Assembly (NCBI GenBank): GCA_054661495.1
Contig: BAAFSQ010000449.1
Location: 1 to 6,264, forward strand
DNA length: 6,264 nucleotides
Origin: Zygophlyctis sp. KS116
Lineage: Eukaryota; Fungi; Chytridiomycota
Direction of reading: 5' to 3'
A model generated the notes under the pieces. That model saw nothing but the letters and a program-made list of their open reading frames with translations, was not told where the DNA came from and searched no databases. Positions 1 to 5,897 of this stretch are shown here, in pieces (position 1 is the first letter of the stretch; each line of letters begins with the position of its first letter). The translations under genes were made by a program, and so were the position numbers.

Positions 1-149
1 ACAACTTCTTTTGTTCTCTTGCGTCGTAAAAGCGCAAACACCAACAATCCCAAAATTCCTGCAATCGCTACTCCGCCGCCGACCAAATATTTCTGATATG
101 GTGAAGTAGTGCTAGTTTCTACCTTCAATGAATTATTGTTCTCTGCCAT
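1..149 (-). CDS. 5' part of a protein with an N-terminal signal anchor, truncated by the window edge; family unknown
   Basis: ATG at 149-147, open to the edge: MAENNNSLKVETSTTSPYQKYLVGGGVAIAGILGLLVFALLRRKRTKEV. About 21 hydrophobic residues are followed by a basic cluster RRKRTK, typical of an organellar signal anchor. Not in the ORF track. Confidence 0.7.
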   Translation of the reverse strand, partial: MAENNNSLKVETSTTSPYQKYLVGGGVAIAGILGLLVFALLRRKRTKEV

Positions 150-307
150 GAATTATTTTCAATGTTTAGCAAACAAACTATAACGCAAATATGATCAAAG
201 CGGGATATATTTAGCCTTTGATCTTCATATAGAAAATCAGTATATGATACACAATTTAAGTCTTTCAGATTAAAATAATCACAAGCTCTTACAATTCAAT
301 TCAGCGA

Positions 308-1837
308 TTAATTTTGTACATACTGATGTTTTACACCTTTTCTGAAATAAGGAAGATCGCCCAAAGGATGTAATATTATTAAAGGGATTGCCCTTTCAGC
401 CGGAACATAGTTACTATACTCTGAATTAAGGCGCATGATTTGATCGCGGATTGTGATTGCGCAAATACCAGCAAAGTTTTCTGGAATAGGAGAATCTACT
501 AGTTCTATTCTAATCAACAGCCTGCAATCTTCAGGATCATCTGAAATAGATAAAACAAATTTCCCTGTAACAAAATCGCAAAGTTTAGACTGTTCGAGAC
601 CAACCATGACATTTTCAACATAAACATTTGCTCCATAAATTGAGACTGTCCAAAATTTCCTTCCAAATACCCAAACAAAAGGAAGTTTGCGATAGCCACG
701 ACCAGACTCAATGAGATCACTAATTTTCTTTATATTTGTACAATCAATTGCATCATGACTTTTGGCCAGGTTTATCATATCCTCAAAATCCATTATTCCA
801 CCATCATCACCTAGAGCATATTTCAGAAGAGGAAGAGCGAGTCTTTTAGCAGCTTCTTTGTCACTTTCATCTCTTAAATTCCATGGTAAACCTGAAACTA
901 CTAGTGTTTGATCATCACGTTTAACCTCTAAATATCTAGTTAAAGGATCATACTGCATCAAGGAGGGAATTCTATCCTTTTTAAAAATCCTTCTACTTAT
1001 ACTAGGATTTGATGCGAAATATTGCCTTAAATAAACTGACAATACAGTTTCAGTCGCCAATACCCCTGCATCTGCCGTTCCATAAATTAAAACTATATCT
1101 CTCTCTAATTCTTGTACATGTGAACGTCCTGCTAGTAAACTTCTCCACTCTTCCGAATATACCTCACCAGCAAATACAAATTTTAGATTATACCCTTTCC
1201 AATAGTCTTTTGAGATGGAATTCCCATTATCGATAATCATTTTTAGAAATGGTGGATATCCCAACAATACGACTTGATCAAAAAGTGAAAATAAATTTCC
1301 AGAAATCCGAATAATTTCTTCAGGATTATTCCCAGGAGTAATTTGAGAAATTAAGTATCCTTTTTGTGAGAGCGATCTCGTACAGAATGCTGTAAATACT
1401 CCTAAAAATCACATATTAAAAATACCTCCAACCCAACTCCCCATCGGAAAACAATTTACAGCCAATGTAATTTTTTCATGAGCCATAAAATGATCTCTAA
1501 ATATCTGCTCGAATCTAACAGCAACAGCCAATTCCTCGAAAGTATCTCTTCCCCAATAAGTCGGACCTGATTTTGATGACGATCCAGAGCTGCAATGTAT
1601 CATTTCCAGCGCTTGTATTTCACCATTTCGACTTCTTCTCGCTAGATTGAATTTTAGCAAATGATCCTTTAAGAGAAATTCATTCCCTGATTTATACAAT
1701 TCCATTGATTTGGCAATTTTATCTAATTCGTTCAATTTAGATTGGACATTATCAGGCTTAACAGACCCATCGTTCCCCTCCAACAACTGATCTAGAGACG
1801 ATAATAGAAACTTTTCATATCCTTTGAGTGCAATCAT
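308..1837 (-). CDS. Phenylacetate-CoA ligase family (PaaK/CapK-like) adenylate-forming enzyme, about 501 aa; complement(join(308..1401,1426..1837))
   Basis: ORFs 1409..1921 and 308..1267 share a frame. Removing the 24-nt intron 1402..1425 gives FPMGSWVGGVFTAFCTRSLSQKGYLISQITPGNNPEEIIRISGNLFSLFDQVVLLGYPPFLK. Motifs resembling bacterial PaaK-like ligases: SSGSS..PTYW, GYPPFLK, FAGE, YGTADAG, PLLKYALGD, FGR, YGANVY, GVKHQY. Start placed at ACC-ATG 1837 (MIALKGYEKFL); the frame stays open to ATG 1921, so the start is uncertain. Stop TAA 310-308. Confidence 0.85.
1402..1425 (-). other. Spliceosomal intron, 24 nt, phase 1, in the PaaK-like gene
   Basis: GTATTTTTAATATGTGATTTTTAG. Contains an in-frame TGA; removal restores WVGGVFT. 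Confidence 0.9.
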
Positions 1838-1872
1838 GGTCAAAGTTCTGGTCAAGGTCGTGGCCAATGTCA
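1837..1872. repeat. Three imperfect 12-bp tandem units spanning the divergent PaaK-like/SEN2 junction
   Basis: TGGTCAAAGTTC (1837-1848), TGGTCAAGGTCG (1849-1860), TGGCCAATGTCA (1861-1872); consensus TGGYCAANGTYN. Confidence 0.65.
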
Positions 1873-2691
1873 GCATCAAATCTATCGCTGATTGCAAGGC
1901 TATCATACTACATATCGTCATTTTTAAAATGGATCAGAAAGCGACTGTTTGGTCTGGATTATATAATTGCCCATTTAAAGGATGATCGAATCATTGTACA
2001 AGATGTGCATTTAAATGGATTAAAATTATGGAAGCATGGCTTTTATGGAAGAGGGACTTTATCAAGAGGAGCTCCAACTTGGGCTACCCGGATGCATTTA
2101 AAAGATCAAGCAGAGTCATTATATCAGGTGAAAAATGCTGGAAAATCCCTTTCAAATACTAAAATAGATCGGGAAGAATATGTATTGTCTCGGGAAGAAG
2201 CATTTTATCTTTTGGTAAATGATTGGATTCAAATTTATGATGAAAATGTAAAGAGTTTAAGGTCAAAAATGCAGTTATGGGATATATTTTCCAAGGGTGA
2301 TTGTGGATATGATGATTATCAAGAATTTTCTTGTTCATTTTCTATAAGATATGCTGTTTATCAGTATTATAGAAATAAGAAATGGGTTGTACGGCCAGGA
2401 CTAAAGTATGGCGGAGATTATGTATTGTATAGAAAAGGTCCTTCAATTGATCATTCCGAATCTATTGTACTGATTATGGTGGATAATGGTGACAATTATT
2501 TGAACAGAAATTGGAAATGGGTATTGCGTATGTCAAGGCTTTCTTCTCAAGTAAAAAAGAAACTTGTTTGTTGTTTTGTGGTGTTACCAGAGGATTTTAT
2601 TCCGTCAGATTTGGTTCAAATGAATTTCTTGTCAAAAATTGTAATTTGGGATCTGGAAATCTCAAGATGGGTACCAAGTCTTTATTTATAG
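1867..2691 (+). CDS. SEN2: tRNA-splicing endonuclease catalytic subunit Sen2, about 274 aa, apparently intronless
   Basis: Sen2 signatures LWKHGFYGRGTLSR, LSREEAFYL, YAVYQYYRNKKWVVRPGLKYGGDYVLYRKGPSIDHS, RLSSQVKKKL and terminal SRWVP. The catalytic Tyr/His/Lys triad is present. First in-frame ATG is at 1867 (the track's 1828 start is GTG). Stop TAG 2689-2691. Confidence 0.92.
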   Translation: MSASNLSLIARLSYYISSFLKWIRKRLFGLDYIIAHLKDDRIIVQDVHLNGLKLWKHGFYGRGTLSRGAPTWATRMHLKDQAESLYQVKNAGKSLSNTKIDREEYVLSREEAFYLLVNDWIQIYDENVKSLRSKMQLWDIFSKGDCGYDDYQEFSCSFSIRYAVYQYYRNKKWVVRPGLKYGGDYVLYRKGPSIDHSESIVLIMVDNGDNYLNRNWKWVLRMSRLSSQVKKKLVCCFVVLPEDFIPSDLVQMNFLSKIVIWDLEISRWVPSLYL

Positions 2692-2693
2692 AC

Positions 2694-2699
2694 TTTATT
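2694..2699 (-). terminator. Candidate AATAAA polyadenylation signal of SEC21
   Basis: AATAAA 7 nt after the TGA, in a TGAATAAA context also seen after ATP17. A second AATAAA at 2686-2681 lies inside the SEN2 CDS (antisense). Confidence 0.4.
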
Positions 2700-2706
2700 C
2701 AGTTTT

Positions 2707-5700
2707 TCAATGCACAGAATTAGCTAATTTATAACTGACATTCGCATCGCTTGATCTTACAGTTACTTCCATTGTAACACCTGAAGATGCGGCGAATGCC
2801 ATCCTGCATCTGCTAAGAACGGGAATCCCTCCAGAGAAAATTCCAGATATCAAAAGTGTATGTGTAGTTGCACGCTCCTTGCTTATAATTTCAGAATTTT
2901 CACAAGGCATTCCTCCAAAAAGTTCAATAATTGTAGTTATAGCACCTTGAACTATTTAAAAATAAAATATTCTTACTTTGGATATTTGCCATGTTTGTCA
3001 ATGAATATGTTTCTACAACTTCATTTGCATCACCAATTTCAGACCATGCCTTGTCAAAGCTGTTTACAAATGATGGGATTATATAATCTCCAACAGTAAG
3101 CTCCATATCTTCTACCTGATAATAAGAACAGTATGATAAGCCTACCAAATATTCATCATCGTAACCATCACCATCTGCCTCACCAGTATTCGGGTCACAA
3201 TCTTTCACCATAAATTTAAGAGTATTTGAGAAATATGCTGCATATAAGAATAAATATCATTACCAGTTGGACAAGCATCAGGATTCCTTTTGTAGACTAC
3301 AAATACACTCTTTGGCGAATCAAATGTTAAAATATCGATGGGTATGGAAAACTCCTGTTCCAAAATATCTTCCTCATCTTCAGTTTCCATTTTCATATCT
3401 ACCAAAATATTTTCCAGTAAAGAATCGCTTAAAGTATTCCTACATTCAAACTACATTGTCACGAAAATAATAAAACCTACTTGAAAAACCACATTGTTTT
3501 GAAGAACATGCTTTATACAAGAAACTACATATTCGGTTTCACTTTCAGTTAATTCAATTGGAGACGAAGACTTGAATATAGGACCAAGCTTTGACAGGGC
3601 GAGAATGCTACTGAATGTTTTTGAGTAGAGGGAGGCTGCATCTACAGGTTTATCACCAGATTCTTTGCCATTCATACCAGCTTTACCGTTGGCGGCAGGT
3701 GCAGGAGCAATAGTAACCATATCCTCGGTTGCAATAGTTTTGGCGCCTTGAGATTAAACAATACGAAATCTTACGAGACAATTCTGATCTATCCTTTGTT
3801 TTTGATATAACTGGAATGGACTTAATATCGAAAGGTTTAGAATGTGCCGATGAGTCTGCAAGATAATTGACTAAATTTTGCTCTAAAGCCGTCCAAGTAA
3901 ATACAGATTCTAATTTATCAATTAAATTTAAGAATACCATTCTCAATATAATTCGCTTGTAAAGTGGGTGATTCTAAAATAGCTAAATAGAGTGCAGCCC
4001 GATCTCGAACTTCATCATCCTGATCTTCCAAACATCTGTTCAACAAAATCTTTATACGAGGGCGCAAATCTTCAATGGCAACAGCAAATTGTGCCAAAGC
4101 TGCCACAGCTGCAGCACGAATAGTCGGATTCTCCAGGATTACGCGATTATAAATAAATCTAATATAACGAGAAGGATTCGAGGCGACACTCGGACCGTGA
4201 CTTCCCAACAGGTGCAAAATACGAACTGAAAGTTTTGTATACTCACAATCTTCAATAAATTCACAAAGATGAGCCAACGCTAAATTATAAGTTTTACGAG
4301 TAGTACCCATTTCTTTCGATTCCGGAATTTTGTTTACAATATCAAAAATCGCATCAACAATAGTTCCCTTGAGTTCATACCCACCCTCATCACGAAGACC
4401 CGTAGCAAGGAAAGTCATCATTTGGAATTGTTTTGAGGGAAATTTGAGGCATAAAGAACGAACAGCTTCTACAATAATGATTTTAAATTCATCCGCAATT
4501 TCATTCATAAACCCTGTAATTTGCTTCATTAGTCGATCAACAGACGCCTCATTACCAGTCTAAAAAGTCAAAATCAGAAGCTACCTTCAAAAGCGTAGTT
4601 ATAGCATAAGTAGCAACCGAACGATTGGGATCTGTAATCAGCCCCTCCATATCCACATTACAACTCGCCACTATTTCTGGCTGAGTGAGAGCTAGATCAT
4701 TAAGGGCCCTTATAGCAGCAAATTTCACGACTGGTTTATGATTACAGATATGCAGTTGCAATACTAACAATGAAAAAATGACATGATACCTGAAACTGCT
4801 GGTTTAATTTGAGACGGAGTTAAATTTGGCAAACAACAAATACATCTCGCAGCTTCAAAAACAACCATCTCTGACCGTTGATTAGTCATCCATTCTGTTA
4901 AAAGTGTCCATAACTGATTAGCCCTAAACAGACTTAAAATAGTAAAACCTACAGCTGAGTCCAACCCCCTTCTTCATAAATACATTTTGCCGTGTATCTT
5001 ATTAGTAAACAATGAGCATAAGGACTTCTCAAAGACCTAGAAAAAGTTTGAATTAGTTTAACTATCGCCATACGATCATGCTGCCTAATTTGATACAAAA
5101 GCCCAATCGCGTGATATTGCGTTGCTAAACCTCTTGAAGAAGTAGCTTCTTGTACTTCATTTGTCCATCTCTTAACCACATCCTTATTGACAGACCATAA
5201 ATGCATTGCACTTACAATAGCAGCACTTGCCACTGCTGCATTCTTATCAACTATGGATTGTTTAATAAACCTTTCAATCCCTTGAATCATTGATGGATGC
5301 GTTATTTTCACTAAAGCTCTTATAGCATTTGGTTTATAAATCAAATCTCCTCTTGCAGCCATATCTTTAGTTATAGAGGAAGTCACCATGATAACATCAT
5401 TTGAGAGCGTAGATAATTCCTTGATTACTAAATACACCATTTGCCTTAAAGACTGGTCAGGATTTTGAAATAGCTTTGTTATTGAAAAGAAAGTATCAGT
5501 GGCCTCTTTCTCAGTCAAAGTTTGCCCTTGATACAACAAATAAACTATTCGTGCTAAAACCAATCTACACTTTTTAGGAATGACTGGATATTCATTAAAA
5601 ACACGAGCTTCCTGTAATACCACAGCCTTATCCTTTGACAAAACTAGTCCTGACGGAGCCAAATCTATAATTTTGACTATAATAATTAATACCGTCTTCA

Positions 5701-5711
5701 TCCTTTTTCAT
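2707..5711 (-). CDS. SEC21: Coatomer (COPI) gamma subunit, about 898 aa, 12 exons; complement(join(2707..2945,2977..3115,3146..3237,3264..3450,3481..3746,3775..3909,3938..4279,4307..4559,4585..4763,4790..4923,4953..5664,5693..5711))
   Basis: The spliced CDS is 2697 nt and stays in frame. It starts [21 protein letters not shown]. Conserved gamma-COP blocks are restored across junctions: [103 protein letters not shown]. Stop TGA 2709-2707. Confidence 0.96.
2946..2976 (-). other. SEC21 intron 11, 31 nt (25 nt if the TAG ending at 2952 is used)
   Basis: GTAAGAATATTTTATTTTTAAATAGTTCAAG. Needed for the frame change; both acceptors are in frame. Confidence 0.75.
3116..3145 (-). other. SEC21 intron 10, 30 nt, in frame and stopless
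   Basis: GTAGGCTTATCATACTGTTCTTATTATCAG. Removal restores DDEYLVEDMEL. Confidence 0.88.
3238..3263 (-). other. SEC21 intron 9, 26 nt
   Basis: GTAATGATATTTATTCTTATATGCAG. Gives [12 protein letters not shown]. Confidence 0.92.
3451..3480 (-). other. SEC21 intron 8, 30 nt
   Basis: GTAGGTTTTATTATTTTCGTGACAATGTAG. The acceptor TAG is an in-frame stop; removal gives VVFQFECRNTL. Confidence 0.93.
3747..3774 (-). other. SEC21 intron 7, 28 nt, AAG acceptor
   Basis: GTAAGATTTCGTATTGTTTAATCTCAAG. Needed for the frame change; gives ELSRAKTIAT. Confidence 0.82.
3910..3937 (-). other. SEC21 intron 6, 28 nt
   Basis: GTATTCTTAAATTTAATTGATAAATTAG. Gives YIENESVFTW. Confidence 0.92.
4280..4306 (-). other. 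SEC21 intron 5, 27 nt, in frame and stopless
   Basis: GTACTACTCGTAAAACTTATAATTTAG. Removal restores [18 protein letters not shown]. Confidence 0.9.
4560..4584 (-). other. SEC21 intron 4, 25 nt
   Basis: GTAGCTTCTGATTTTGACTTTTTAG. Restores the highly conserved TTLLKTGNE. Confidence 0.95.
4764..4789 (-). other. SEC21 intron 3, 26 nt
   Basis: GTATCATGTCATTTTTTCATTGTTAG. Restores PAVSVLQL. Confidence 0.93.
4924..4952 (-). other. SEC21 intron 2, 29 nt
   Basis: GTAGGTTTTACTATTTTAAGTCTGTTTAG. Phase 2, needed for the frame change; gives WTQLANQLW. Confidence 0.85.
5665..5692 (-). other. SEC21 intron 1, 28 nt, after a 19-nt first coding exon
   Basis: GTATTAATTATTATAGTCAAAATTATAG. Joins MKKDED to DLAPSG. 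Confidence 0.85.
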
Positions 5712-5822
5712 TGAAATTTTTTTTGATTCTGGCGGTCGAGAAAAATTTGTAAAATAATTTCTCAACTCTCACACTAAAACTAGCCAATCTCTTTAAACCA
5801 GCAACACTCAAGGTCCAGGTGG

Positions 5823-5856
5823 GAGTCTAAAGAGTCTAAAGAGTCAAGCAGAGTAA
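5823..5856. repeat. Short degenerate 9-10 bp tandem repeat in the ATP17-SEC21 spacer
   Basis: GAGTCTAAA (5823-5831), GAGTCTAAA (5832-5840), GAGTCAAGCA (5841-5850), GAGTAA (5851-5856). Confidence 0.7.
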
Positions 5857-5876
5857 ATCTAAAAAATACTCTTGAT

Positions 5877-5882
5877 TTTATT
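5877..5882 (-). terminator. Candidate AATAAA polyadenylation signal of ATP17
   Basis: AATAAA 15 nt downstream of the TAA, in TGAATAAA context. The AT-rich background weakens the call. Confidence 0.4.
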
Positions 5883-5897
5883 CAATCCATTCTGTAC

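Noticed and set aside
128-157. 10-bp direct repeat ATGAATTATT at 128-137 and 148-157
   Set aside because: Low-complexity AT-rich match with no associated structure.
193-223. Inverted repeat GATCAAAG (193-200) / CTTTGATC (216-223)
   Set aside because: An 8-bp stem with a 15-nt loop can arise by chance. There is no target-site duplication or second copy, and bacterial terminator logic does not apply here.
871-891. Possible second in-frame 21-nt intron (GTTTAC...GAG) explaining an apparent insertion in the PaaK-like protein
   Set aside because: The GTT donor, GAG acceptor and length do not match the 13 supported introns.
514-1236. ORFs 514..720 (-) and 1009..1236 (+)
   Set aside because: Alternative-frame or antisense shadows of the PaaK-like CDS with no recognisable motifs.
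1409-1411. In-frame TGA splitting the PaaK-like gene, read as a pseudogene, readthrough, selenocysteine or code change
   Set aside because: It lies inside a GTA...TAG segment matching the other 12 introns, and removal restores the motif with no extra residues. TAA, TAG and TGA all serve as normal stops in this window.
1947-1980. Alternative SEN2 model: ATG 1929 plus a 34-nt GTTTGG...AAG intron joining in frame at 1981
   Set aside because: The donor is GTT rather than GTA, the length is outside 24-31 nt, and it would delete YIIAHLK, which resembles the strand preceding the conserved Sen2 N-terminal motif. Not fully excluded without RNA data.
1867-2691. Idea that the Sen2 endonuclease removes the neighbouring tiny introns
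   Set aside because: The introns have GT-AG ends and branch-like motifs, with no evident bulge-helix-bulge or tRNA-like structure. Adjacency in a gene-dense genome is not evidence of a link.
2511-4563. Plus-strand ORFs 2511..2723, 2860..3099, 3267..3470 and 4330..4563
   Set aside because: Short shadows overlapping SEN2 or antisense to SEC21, with no protein-like features.
2707-5711. The many short minus-strand ORFs read as separate genes, an operon or a frameshifted pseudogene
   Set aside because: They are consecutive parts of one gamma-COP protein, and every break is explained by a GTA-AG intron in the right phase.
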